A stretch of DNA of 63,896 bases, counting the filler, from Vannella sp. (Eukaryota): the NCBI GenBank assembly GCA_023345925.1. It is 9 parts of 9 records of this genome, joined end to end, with 100 filler letters (N's around TTAATTAATTAA, not from the genome) between each part and the next. Parts side by side here need not be neighbours in the genome. Positions count along the whole stretch, not along the records: positions 46,440 to 51,366 come from JAJQQN010000986.1; positions 51,467 to 60,152 come from JAJQQN010000455.1; 7 more parts are not named here. The stretch is one strand, 5' to 3'. Numbering within the stretch: position 1 is the first letter of the stretch; the number at the start of each line of letters is the position of its first letter. Shown here in pieces: positions 47,307-58,382 of the stretch. Below the pieces are notes generated by a model that saw only the letters and a program-made list of their open reading frames with translations, did no database searches and was not told the DNA's origin. The position numbers were made by a program, and so were the translations under genes.

Positions 47307-47411
47307 AACATCCTCCATAAACTGTGACTTCCATATCAACGAATCAGTAATGAATCACGAGCCTTTATCGCTCTGAACACCTCAGAAGGGGCCGAATGGA
47401 CTTTTGGTTGT

Positions 47412-50258
47412 TTAGTCGGACAGTCCGTAGCCCTTGTCCTCCTCCTCAGACTCTTTTTCGGATATCAATTTTCTGATGAGCTTTTCGCATTTGCGCACGT
47501 TGACTGCTTTGTTCTCGACAAATTGAATGGTAGTCATCGCTAGTGGATTGTCTTGTCCTCGTAAATTGTTAGACGGTCCCATCTCCATCTGCAGAGAGTA
47601 AACCAGAGTTGCAAAGCGTGAAGGGTCATTTTCGACGAATCGGATAACCTTTAAACTTCCTGAATCCTCCTCAATAGCTTGCTTGATAGCATATACAATA
47701 GTGTCACAAATGTGGGCCTCGTTTCCTCGGCCAAGGTGGTTGAATATACCTGAGCTAATGAGGGGAATGGCAATGGATCTGACATTTCGTTCTTTTGCGG
47801 TTTCGATGATCTCTATCATAAGGTTACCAAGAGACTGTCCCGAAGCTTCACTCTCTTCAATAGTGCTCCAAACGGGGCCGACAGCATGAAAGATGAAGGA
47901 AACTCCTTGTTCTTTCAATTTGCCAGAAGATCCGACTCTAACTTCACCTTCAGAGACAGGACCATTTTGGATGATGTCAAAGTTGCACTCGGACTGTACC
48001 TGAGCGGCCAGCTCGATAGCTCTGGCCACTCCACCTCCATGCTGTAGCCTGCTGTTCGCTGCATTGACGATAACGTCAACCTGCTGAGTCACGATGTCAC
48101 CTAAGATTGCCTCGATGACAATACCAGACTCCTTTCTCCTATAGTTGATAGGCCCAGACTCTTCTGCTTCTGGAAGATCTTCGAATTTCACCCAAGTTCC
48201 GGTCTCATTGGCGATGGCATCCACCTCCTTGAAATGAAGGTCTAAGAGCGCTTTCTGTTCTCTGGAAATTGGGAAAGAGGTCTCCTTGGGATCCTCTTCC
48301 AGAGATTTTACAAACTTAGTGAGCTCTTGCAGGGCTTGGGGGACCACAGATGGCGGTCCAGTAACCTGATAAAGCCTTTTTGGTGCGTTGAACTTGAGCC
48401 TCGCTTCTGGGAATTGCTTCAACTTGTCTGCAAAGAACAACTTCGCATTTTTTCTGCAACCTTGACGACAGAGAGGGAACTGCTTCAAGTTCAGAGTTAA
48501 AGTGATTTGGTCAGAAAGCGCCAATGTGATAGCATCAATAGAGACTTGAGGGCCAGTGATTTTCAAAGTTTTGTCCTCCCAACTAGTGATCAGTTCCGAG
48601 CGGTGCTCTTTCTCTAGCTCCTGCTTCTTTGCCATTTTGCTGTCCTGAAGCATTTTAATCTTCGGGGCTTTCATTGGAAGCACCACAGTTTGGATATCTA
48701 GAGCACGGGCTCGTTCCAGAGCAATCTGGACAGCTGTTTGTTCACCAATATAGACAACATGAGTTGCCTTGTTACCATAAGTGCAGCAAACCGGTAAGTT
48801 CCTCCAAGTGCTGGAGAGAAGAAGGTTCATCTTGTTTTGCTGGACCTTGAGCGGGAATTTCTCAGAGACCAAGTCGACACTGAGTCTTTGGTGAGCAATC
48901 TCTGCATCAGATACGGGGCCAGTCACTTCGAAGCGGGCTCCTTCTTCGCCACTTGGGTTGATTAACTCGACCTCAATGTTGTTGAGTTGCTGTATCTCTG
49001 ATAGAAGTGATTTCCCGCTCTGCTTCCACCAAAGAAGTGCTCGCTTGTCCAATTCTATGACAAGTTTGGTCTGAAGGGCCTCATTGTTCTCAGCCTCTTG
49101 TCGTTGGGAAGCTGGGGAAGTTTCTGTCTGAATTGTCAAGTCAGGGGATGCTGCTCTTGACTTGGCTGTTGCCACAGAAGATTGATGGGCGGTCCTCTGT
49201 CTGTCCTCTTTCCTTTTGGCCACAGTGAGATCAACAGTATCACTGGAAGAGTCAACATCTTGATAGAGCCCCTGCTTTTTGATGACTTTAGCTCTTCTCG
49301 AACCATTAGAAAATCGTTCCTCTGTACAATTTTTGCGCCAGCGGATGAGACGATTCCTATCCTTGTGTTGTTGGAACATGATTGAGACCTTTTGCGAACT
49401 CTCTTGATCTTGCACAATTGCTCTCTGAGCGAGATCCCAAGTCTTCACAAGAGCAGCATTCCTTTGCCTGAAAAGCTGCCATTCCGCAGGGTGCATGGGG
49501 AAGAAGAAGTACTCAGAATCGGAGTCTGACTCTTCACTGGCCTCTTCCAGACACTCTTCTTCTTGCTTTTCCTCCTCCCCCCCTTCTTCCTCCTGTTCCT
49601 CCTCACTTCTTCCACTTTCTGGATCGTTCTCTTGAGGGATTGGCACAACATTGGCCTGCATTCGATGGCTTGCAGAAGAGAATGAGACGGGAGTTCCCTG
49701 AATCATCTTCGGTCGAGCTGGAGACTTCGCGGGTGCCTGTTTAGTGACTGGTGATGTCCAACTGTCGGTGTCTGGTCTAGTTTCAGTGGTTTCGGGAGGA
49801 TCTACGGGAGCATGGCGATGGAGGCATTGGTCCTGGTAAATACACTTGCTGTTTGCATAGTGTTTGCAGTTCCTCCTCTTCTTGATCGCGACAGGGACTT
49901 CATTGCCATCACTGTCTAGTCCTGGGTGCTCGTGGGGACAGATACGAGACGAACACAAAGCTCCCTCCTCACAAGGAACACCAGAGTAGGGAGGGATGAA
50001 GCCGCCGATGTTCTGGGCCACGCCAACATGTCGAAAGTTACACCTAGAACCTTCCTTACACTGGTTGTTCAAGAAATAGCGGCAATTATGGCTCCTACGG
50101 CCTGGAGTCAGCTTCTCTTCTCCTCCCACGATCACAGTGTGCGCCATAGGACAAGACAAGTCCACACAAACAGAGCCCAATGGACACTTCTCTTCCTGCA
50201 ACTCCTCCATCACTCGAAACAGGCTCTTAACCTGAGCAGGAGGCTCCTCCGTGTCCAT
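47412..50258 (-). CDS. 4x CCCH zinc finger + KH-like repeats + macrodomain protein
   Basis: Fingers CPLGSVCVDLSCPMAH, CRYFLNNQCKEGSRCNFRH, CEEGALCSSRICPHEH, CKHYANSKCIYQDQCLHRH; repeated (V/I)TGP strands; macro GDIV..VNAAN..HGGGVARAI..HAVGP..AIPLISSGIF. Confidence 0.88.
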   Translation of the reverse strand: MDTEEPPAQVKSLFRVMEELQEEKCPLGSVCVDLSCPMAHTVIVGGEEKLTPGRRSHNCRYFLNNQCKEGSRCNFRHVGVAQNIGGFIPPYSGVPCEEGALCSSRICPHEHPGLDSDGNEVPVAIKKRRNCKHYANSKCIYQDQCLHRHAPVDPPETTETRPDTDSWTSPVTKQAPAKSPARPKMIQGTPVSFSSASHRMQANVVPIPQENDPESGRSEEEQEEEGGEEEKQEEECLEEASEESDSDSEYFFFPMHPAEWQLFRQRNAALVKTWDLAQRAIVQDQESSQKVSIMFQQHKDRNRLIRWRKNCTEERFSNGSRRAKVIKKQGLYQDVDSSSDTVDLTVAKRKEDRQRTAHQSSVATAKSRAASPDLTIQTETSPASQRQEAENNEALQTKLVIELDKRALLWWKQSGKSLLSEIQQLNNIEVELINPSGEEGARFEVTGPVSDAEIAHQRLSVDLVSEKFPLKVQQNKMNLLLSSTWRNLPVCCTYGNKATHVVYIGEQTAVQIALERARALDIQTVVLPMKAPKIKMLQDSKMAKKQELEKEHRSELITSWEDKTLKITGPQVSIDAITLALSDQITLTLNLKQFPLCRQGCRKNAKLFFADKLKQFPEARLKFNAPKRLYQVTGPPSVVPQALQELTKFVKSLEEDPKETSFPISREQKALLDLHFKEVDAIANETGTWVKFEDLPEAEESGPINYRRKESGIVIEAILGDIVTQQVDVIVNAANSRLQHGGGVARAIELAAQVQSECNFDIIQNGPVSEGEVRVGSSGKLKEQGVSFIFHAVGPVWSTIEESEASGQSLGNLMIEIIETAKERNVRSIAIPLISSGIFNHLGRGNEAHICDTIVYAIKQAIEEDSGSLKVIRFVENDPSRFATLVYSLQMEMGPSNNLRGQDNPLAMTTIQFVENKAVNVRKCEKLIRKLISEKESEEEDKGYGLSD

Positions 50259-50388
50259 AAGCGCCTCCCTCGCTCAAATGGTCTTCAAAGAGGGGAAGTG
50301 AGACCAAAGCCTTCCTCCCTCACTTCCCCTCTTTGTTGAGGTCCCTTTGAGGCGGTTTGGGGCATTCCTGGTTCTTCCTTGGGGACTG

Positions 50389-51366
50389 ATGGCGGAAGGA
50401 AGGGCGGAGGAGGGCTTTGGACTCGTCCAGAGGGTGTTTGAGGAGAATCTGAGGATGTTTGGGGATGGCGGGGCATCTGTGTGTGTCAGGGTTGGTGGGA
50501 GAGTGGTTGTGGACTTGTGGGGAGGCCAAAAGAACGACGAGGAACCTTGGAAGGAGGACTCCTTGGTCAATGTGTACTCCTGCACCAAAGCCATGTGCAA
50601 TCTAGCGATCTTAAAGCTTGTTGATAGAGGTTACATCAGTCTGGATACTCCAATTGCGTCAGTTTGGCCTGCATTTGGACAGAATGGGAAGGACTCCATC
50701 ACGTTGGAGCAACTTCTGACTCACCAAGCGGGATTGATGACTCTCAGAGGCATTCGATTGTCAAATGAAGATCTTGAAGAGTGGACTGCTTACTTGGAAG
50801 GTCCCATGAATGGAAGTTCTTGGCTTTCAGAGCTTCTTTCCGCGTCTCCTCCCTTTTGGGAGGCTGGAAGTGGTCTCTTTGGCTACCATCCTCTGGTCGG
50901 TGGACTCTATCTTTCGGAAATATGTCGGAGAGTGGATCCAAAGCACCGCAGGTAGGGAAAAGACAGGGTTCAAAGGTGCATTCCTGATGTCGCATGCATT
51001 CAGCCTTAAGACATTCTGGAAAGAAGAGTTTGCTGACCCTTTCAACATCGACTTTCACATTGGATTGGAAAGCTCATTTGACTCCTCAAGACTCGCAAAG
51101 TTGGAGAGCATTCCTCAAGAAGATGGCCGACTACAAGTCCATGAAGACACTCCAATGGCGGCCCTAGAAGGGAAGCCACGCTTCGAAAGCCAACGAAACT
51201 TTCAATTGCCTAAGAGTGCTGAGGGCCTGGAGGATCAGCTGTCTAGTATAACAAGCGAAGCATTTACTACCGTCAAACGGTTCTCGCCTTGGAGAACCCG
51301 TTTCTGTGAGCTCCCCTCAGGCATCGGATTCGGCAATGCCCGGTCACTCAGCCATGCAGTTGGACT
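50389..51366 (+). CDS. Beta-lactamase-related serine hydrolase (EstB/family VIII esterase-like); intron 50952-51003; 3' truncated
   Basis: GASVCVRVGGRVVVDLWGG, YSCTK (SxxK), LLTHQAGL, GYHP, ELPSGIG..NARSL. Confidence 0.88.
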
Positions 51367-51466
51367 NNNNNNNNNNNNNNNNNNNNNNNNNNNNNNNNNN
51401 NNNNNNNNNNTTAATTAATTAANNNNNNNNNNNNNNNNNNNNNNNNNNNNNNNNNNNNNNNNNNNN
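51367..51466. other. Artificial contig linker
   Basis: 44N-TTAATTAATTAA-44N. Confidence 0.98.
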
Positions 51467-54400
51467 TCCTGAATGAATACTGATTCCATCCTCTAGCCTG
51501 AAAGAAGATTAGAACGCTGTTTGTTTCAGTCCGAAAGGACTCACGTTAGAAAGCAGCTCTTTAAATGAGTGAAAACAGAGAGAAGGTGATCACCTGCTAA
51601 ATAGACGGCAGAAGAAGCAGCGACTAAAAACTCAGTAAGCAGAGATGAGAGATTATTCGTTGACATTGGTAGTGAGCAGAATTTCTCTTCTAAGGTCTGG
51701 TAGTCTAGAGTTTCTGTGATCATTGCAGCCTCTGCTCTCGCAACTTCCAAATCGTATGTTTCAGGCATGGACAAGTTCAATTCAACCAAGAAGTCACGGA
51801 CTAAAGAGTTACACTCGCTTACTTTACCCTGCTGGATGAGGTAGTGAATTCTTAACGTGTACAGCTCGACTCGTTCACATGAGTCAGCGAGGTGGTTCAT
51901 TGACGCAGAAAATTCGGCCTCAACAAGGTCTTTTCGGGAGAGCATTGAGCCAGAAATGATAATCGCTTGCGTGAGCTTGAAGCAAGAGCTTTGCTGGTGA
52001 TGCCAGAGATGGCCAACGATAGAAAATTGTTTGATGAGCTCTTTTCCAAGAAGAGAGTAGTCTAAAGCCTGTTGATAGCTGCTCAATTCTATAGAGTGGG
52101 TGGCAGCCGTGATGCATAGTTGAGAGACTTCTTGTGCTTCGGTCTGGTTCAAGATGTGAGAACGGCCTATTAAATAGTGATTCAGCATATCGAAAAGCTC
52201 TTGGTTTCTCAAAGTTTTGGACGACTTTCGTATTTGACAGCCGATTTGATAGTGTAATCGACCTCGCTTGTCTTCGCTGATGGCAGTATAAAAGCTCTCT
52301 TGTACCTTATCGTGCAGGAAGCGGAAGCCGATTGGCTCGATAGCAATCACAGGTCTGCAAATATCTGTGTCTTCACTATTTGCAGTCTCCTCGAAGACTG
52401 GCTGAATCATGCCTCGGCGCAGGGCATCAGAGAGTTCAATAACGAGGGCTTTCACCGAAAGTTCAGTGATTTTGCAAATTTGGGCGAGTGTAAAGGATCT
52501 CCCAATGCAAGATGCCACTTCTAATGTTTCTTTTGCCACGACTGAGAGAAGTTGGATCTCCTGCAAAAGCAGGTTGATCACATTATCGGTATAGTCCAAT
52601 GCGTGTATGTCAGACAGGCAATAGCTCCACTTTTGTGCTGCAAAGTCAAACTTCAAGACATGTTTTTCGTACAAACTCGCGATAAACTTTCACTCAAACT
52701 TAGTGCTTGTAATGTGCGAAACGGAACAACTTACTTCTGTTACAAAGAACGGATTTCCTCCGGTCTTGAGTGTGACAATTTGTGATAGATCTGAAAGTTC
52801 TCCAGGGTCAGTTCCTGTCATTGCTGCCACTAGATGATCCACGCTTCCTTCTTTCAGAGGTAGGAGCTCAATCAGTCGCAATTGCTGATTCTGCTTCGTT
52901 TGTTCAAGGAAAGAGTCCAGTCCTTTTGCAGAGCTGTATTCAGAACGAGAAGTCATGAAGTAAAAGGCTCTGACTCCTTTGTGCTGAAATAGGTCCAAAA
53001 AAATGGTTAAGGTAAATTGGTCTGCCCATTGCAAGTCATCAATAACGAGGATTAAATCCTCTTCCAGCGAGTTACAAACAAAAGAGACCCAGCTCCCAAC
53101 CACACTCCGGAGTCGGAGCCAGGATTCCTTTGGTTCCAAACGCGGGGAAGGCAAGAGATCAGGTAGTTGGTGGATCAGATCAGGAACGAGCTCCATAAGA
53201 ATGGATAGAGCTTCCATTGTGAAGCATGACTTGAGCTTACCACAGAGATCTGTTCCAGCCAACACTCTAAACATTTGAGTGAACAAGGAGGAAAGGCACT
53301 GAAATGAGGAGTCTCTGGTGAACTGCGAGAAGGAAACCTGGTTAAATATGAGATCCCAGTATTCCAAAAGAGAGCCGACCTGCAAATTATTCACACCTTC
53401 AAGACGCGAACCGGTTTGCTGGTCCAAGCATTGATGCGCTCTATAACTTTTCCAATTCTAAATGATCATCAGATATTGAAGAATACTCCACATCTACCTA
53501 CAGGCTCCTAAAGAAAATAGAAAATGAGTGATGTAGTCTTATCCATTTGAATTACGAACGTTTTTCCAACTCCAGAGGTTCCCAAGAGTACCACGCCAAA
53601 TTCCTTTCCTTGACAGACCACATGTTTCTTGTAAAGTTGAACAATGTTTTCCACTTCTAGATCTCTTCCGAAGACCTGGGTTAAGGTCTGTAAAATGGGA
53701 GAACGGTCACGTTGCCCAAGAATGAAGAGTCTTCTCTCTTGATCCTCATCATGGGTCTGATATTGGTCCTTTTGCAAGGTTTGAATCAAGCGGAGCTGTT
53801 GTAATTGCTCCGCTACACTTCCTTCCACATCAGTAGAAACAACAATTTGTGCGTGGAGGGATTTCACTCCGCGTTGAGGGCAGAAGATTTCCAAGAATGA
53901 TTGCGCTTCAGTTAGGTCGTGTAGCAATCCCAAGGCGCTCTGGTAACGAGTAGCAGCGTTTTTGGAGAGAAGCCGATCGACGATTCGGCTGAGAATGAGG
54001 GGAATGGGACTGGCAAGTTGCAGCTGATGAAGAGGAGGAAACTCTACGGCTACGTGTGCAAAGAGTATGGCTGCTCGACTTGTAATGCCTGATAGTGGTG
54101 TTGAGCCACTCAGTACTTCATAGAAGACAATGCCAAGCCCGTAAAGATCAGAACGTTGGTCCACAGGCTGTGAGACCTTGCCAGTGTGCTCTGGACTCAT
54201 GTAGTGGAAGGTACCAAAGGCAGGAGACCCCAGTTTAGCTGGCAGTAGGTTCTCTTCCGTCTCCCTCCACCCACAAGAAGAGCCAAAGTCACTTAGGACA
54301 GTCCGTAGCGAGGAAGGGTGGACTAAGACGTTGCAAGATGACATGTCACGATGCAATAGACCCTCTGTATGGAGAGAGTGCAGGGCAGAAGTGAGCTGCG

Positions 54401-54719
54401 AGGCTATGACGAGAAACTCAGAGGAGGAAAGAGGTCCACGCTCTTGCAAAAGGTCATACAACGAGACAAAGCCCTCATCCTCCCAGACAATGGATGATTC
54501 ATTGTCTTGGTGAAGGAAAGTGAGGGGTTTGAGGAAGTAGGAGGACTGAGCAGACAGCTGCTTGTTGATACGAAACTCCCTTTCCAAGCGCACTTGCTGA
54601 TTGGCACTTCCATTCACTCTTTTCACAATCACCGCTCCTCCAGCAGCATCCTTACCTCGGTACACTTCCTTGCAGTGGCCCTGCGAGATCAAATGATCAA
54701 GTGAGAGCCCACCCAGCAT
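51467..54719 (-). CDS. Ser/Thr kinase + STAND (AAA_16) ATPase + helical repeats; multi-exon including a 6-nt microexon; 3' truncated
   Basis: Kinase HRD, DFG, GTFHYMSPEHTG, DQRSDLYGLG; Walker A GTSGVGKT; Walker B LVIDDLQWAD; TGGNPFFV; FRFLHDKVQE. Confidence 0.88.
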
Positions 54720-54903
54720 GCAAAGGCCCCAAAGAATGGCTCCTCATCGAGCAGCGCCTATTGTAAGAGCAAAAGAGCTTGACCAATCAGATTCTGGGAG
54801 ATCTTTCAAATTACGCCCATCCATTTCGCTTCAATAATTTACAATTCCGCATTATTATATGATTTATGTCATAATTCCGCATTTTTTTCTTCAGCCTGAG
54901 AAC

Positions 54904-56565
54904 ATGAGGCGGTTTGCTTCTTCGGCTTCCGCGTGGTGCGCTAGTGGGAGAAGGTCCAAGCTGATCTTAGACTCGAAGCAGCTCCAACAAGACTTGGGAC
55001 TTTCTAGTTCTGGTGGGTTGATGCGCCTTTGATCGTCCTTCAACACTACTCACGATTGTTCTGTTGAAGAGGACGTTGGGAAGTCCAGAGAGACCGAACT
55101 TGCGAAGTATCTGAAGGGGAACATTCGGGTATGTTCGAGCCCTCCGTTGATACGTTTGTCCTGACCACAACGAAGATTCGAGGCCCGATCACGGTCTCTC
55201 AGTACTTTAGGGAGGCTCTAACGAACGAGAAGTACGGCTATTACACGCAGAAGGAGAAGGTGTTTGGAAAGGATGGCGACTTCATCACTGCTCCAGAGAT
55301 ATCGCAGATGTTTGGGGAGCTCGTGGGAGTTTGGGTGCGCCAAACCTTCCTCGATCAGAGCTCCCGACTTTCTGAAGCCTCTCGCCCTCAATCCTTCCGA
55401 GTAGTGGAGATGGGACCTGGCCGGGGAACTCTCATGGCAGATCTGATTCGGGTAGGAAGGACTCCATGCTTAGCTAGTCATTGATCTCTGATTCAACGGC
55501 ATTAGATCTTGAAGAGCACCAAGGTGGAAGGAGAGTCCATTAACATTCACTTTATCGAAGCTTCTGCCAAGCTACGAAGGGAGCAGGCTGTTACAGTGGG
55601 ATGTTCAGAGACAGTCTCGAAGTTAGTGGGAGACCCGTCGACAGATGAGAAACTTCTCTCTCAGGGCTTCCAGACCAGCGACAGATTCGTCAAAGTTCAT
55701 TGGAACCAAAAGCTGACCGACATTCCGGGCAGCGATCCGGTCTATGTTGTTGCCCAAGAGTTTTTGGATGCTTTACCCGTTAACGTCTTTGAGTACACTC
55801 AAAAAGGCTGGAGAGAGGTGCTAGTGGATGTTAATGAGAGAGTTGGGTTCGTTGTGTTCTTCATGGAGGTCCTAAGGCTTATCTAACCCAATGAAACAGA
55901 GGGCATCATTTTCACTATTTGGTCGCGGACGCTCCTACTGTAGCGTCAATGGCTCTTCTGCAACACCCCAAAATATCTCTTCCTTCCACATTCAAGCCAG
56001 TGGTTGGCCAGCGCATTGAGGTTTCCATCGACCGTGCTGTTGTTGCTGAGGAAATTGGGGAACTTGTCCAGCGTCGCCAGGGAGCAGGTCTAATCATTGA
56101 CTATGGTAACCCATTTCCTCCGGTCAACACACTGAGGGCATGCAAAAAACACTGCTTCGAGGATATACTCTGCGAGCCTGGTGAGCTTGACATCACCTCC
56201 GATGTGGACTTTGACAACCTCAAGACTGTTCTCTCAAGTAGTGAGTGCAAACAGGTTTTCTGAATTGAAGTCTCCTAACTCATGCAATAGGTACTGATGA
56301 TGCAGGAAAACCCCTCCTGAAAGTGTTTGGGCCAATTACACAAGGAGCCTTCCTCAAGGAAATGGGAATTCAGTCTCTTGTCTTGAAATTCCTGTCTTAC
56401 GCTGGCACGGACCAAGCGCAACTGGAGCATATCAAGACAGGATACCTGCGCCTCACTGAAACTGATCAAATGGGATCCATTTATAAGGTGCTGGCTGTTT
56501 TACCTGCCAAGACACCTAATTTGTCCGGATTCGCATCTTGTGACTTGGACCAGAAAGGTGTATAA
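54904..56565 (+). CDS. NDUFAF7: Mitochondrial protein arginine methyltransferase NDUFAF7/MidA, several introns
   Basis: GYYT..FGKDGDFITAPEISQMFGE, VEMGPGRGTLM, AQEFLDALP, LIIDYG, DITSDVDF, QMGSIYKVL. Confidence 0.93.
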
Positions 56566-56653
56566 AGACTTAGTATAACTCAGTTCTCATTCAATCTCTC
56601 ATTCATTCATTCATTCTCTTGGTCACAACAATGGATAAACTGATATTCTTTGT

Positions 56654-57619
56654 TTAAATCTCAGTTTTGGAAACGCATTCGGGTCGCTCAGCGCAATCAC
56701 AAAAAGCTACCGCGAATTCATTGGCCAAAGTGACTTGATGCCCTTCGTGGCACTTTTCCGCGCAAACTTGACAGCAACCAGAAGACCCTGATATGTTGCT
56801 GTCAAAGGCAGTAAGCCTCGAAGTCATCCAAACAGATTCACTCACCAAGTCTCACATTGGTACCAAGGCTGGAGTGTCATGACGGGACCAGTCACACAAT
56901 AAGTGCACACTTTCCTGTGAATGCAATTCAGCACTTCTCCAGGGGGACCTTCTGTGGGAACTTCATATTCCATCATGTCAGGATTATCCATATTCTCTAA
57001 AAGCCATTCCAAAGCAGCTTCTGGGTCCTGGCTGACCGACTTTCTGTGAGCTCTTGCACTTTGTCCACAGGACAAGGACTAATCTTACCTGCATCTCTCC
57101 ATTGCCGCTCTTACTAGATGAGGAGGGAAACCTGCATCATATAGAATGTTTCCAGCCCCGTAATCAGCCTGTGGTGGAGCAGGAGCTTCCTCCACATTCG
57201 GAACGGTTTGTGAACCTTGTTGTTGAGCATACTCTTGTGCAAAAGAGGACACCAGCCTCTCAATATCAGCCTGAGCTGGAACCTGCGAGGCAACAGGGGC
57301 GATTGGAGCGCGCTATATCGATTTGTAAGAGTGCAAATGGGCCAAAACGACCAGCTTACGGGATAAAGCACCATCACGTGGTCTTCAAGTCTCAGCCGAA
57401 GCGTTGAGAGTTCCTGTTCATCAGAAAGAAGAGTTCCACGAAATAGCAGTGTGGGTGTGGCTCTCCCCGCTTCCTGTTCCTTCACCACCATCTCACGCAG
57501 CAGCCCCACCTTCCACCCTCCCATCAGCTCTGTCCCACACCTGCCTCTCCAACCTTAGCTTCACTAGGCAACTCTACTTCTCGAACGAAACAGCCCAAGC
57601 AATTCACCGTCACGCGCAT
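56654..57619 (-). CDS. UBL + UBA + UBR-box zinc-finger protein, about 4 introns
   Basis: MRVTVNCLG...LLFRGTLLSDEQELSTL (ubiquitin-like); DPEAALEWLLEN (UBA); CTY..QPWYQCETC..CCQVCAEKCHEGH..FCDCA (zf-UBR). Confidence 0.7.
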
Positions 57620-58382
57620 GATGGCCGAGACCCCAAGAGAGAAGAGAATGAGGGGAAATGTCCGGTTCGCATTTCACCTTGACATTTCCCCTCCCCTTTA
57701 AAAGGGGACTCAATTGGCCCCGGGGATGATTTTATTATTTAATCTCGATTTGAATCATTTCTATTTGGCCATGCCCAACGCGGTTTATCATTGCGGGAGT
57801 GAGGGCGGGCTTCTTTTGTGGAGGTGTGGAGCTGATGAGAGGGGCTAGAGTGTGGGAAGGATACAGGTGGAAGTGCTACGGATAAGCCTGATGTCTACCG
57901 GTGCCTGGATTGCTCCTATCGGATTGTCTACAAGACGCGCACGCCGAAGAGTACGTTTCACTCCTCTCCCGCCTCCTTTGTAGTTCTTCCTTCACAACTT
58001 TCTCTCCCGCTCGACTCTCCTCTATTGCTGTCTTCGGATCAAGTACTGATCACTCACACGCCTCTTTAGTCGTTGCTTTTGATGCCCGTTAACGCATTGG
58101 CCCTCTCTTTGTTGATCTGAGCTCTATCACAGAGTGATAAAGTCACTTGCACACCCACAGATACATTCCAATGGTCCATCATCACAGAATCAAGCCGTTT
58201 GAACCCTTACCCATCCCCACTCTCATTCAGAGCTGCAAAGGAGAACTGGAGACACCATAGCGACAGGTGACGTATTAGAGGCTTATAGGAGAAGCTGATT
58301 CCTTTCCTTTCCTTCCCTTCTCCTCATTATCCCAGAAAGGTCAAATGAGATTAATTTCTGGCGCTCCTGTTGGTCAAGGCGG

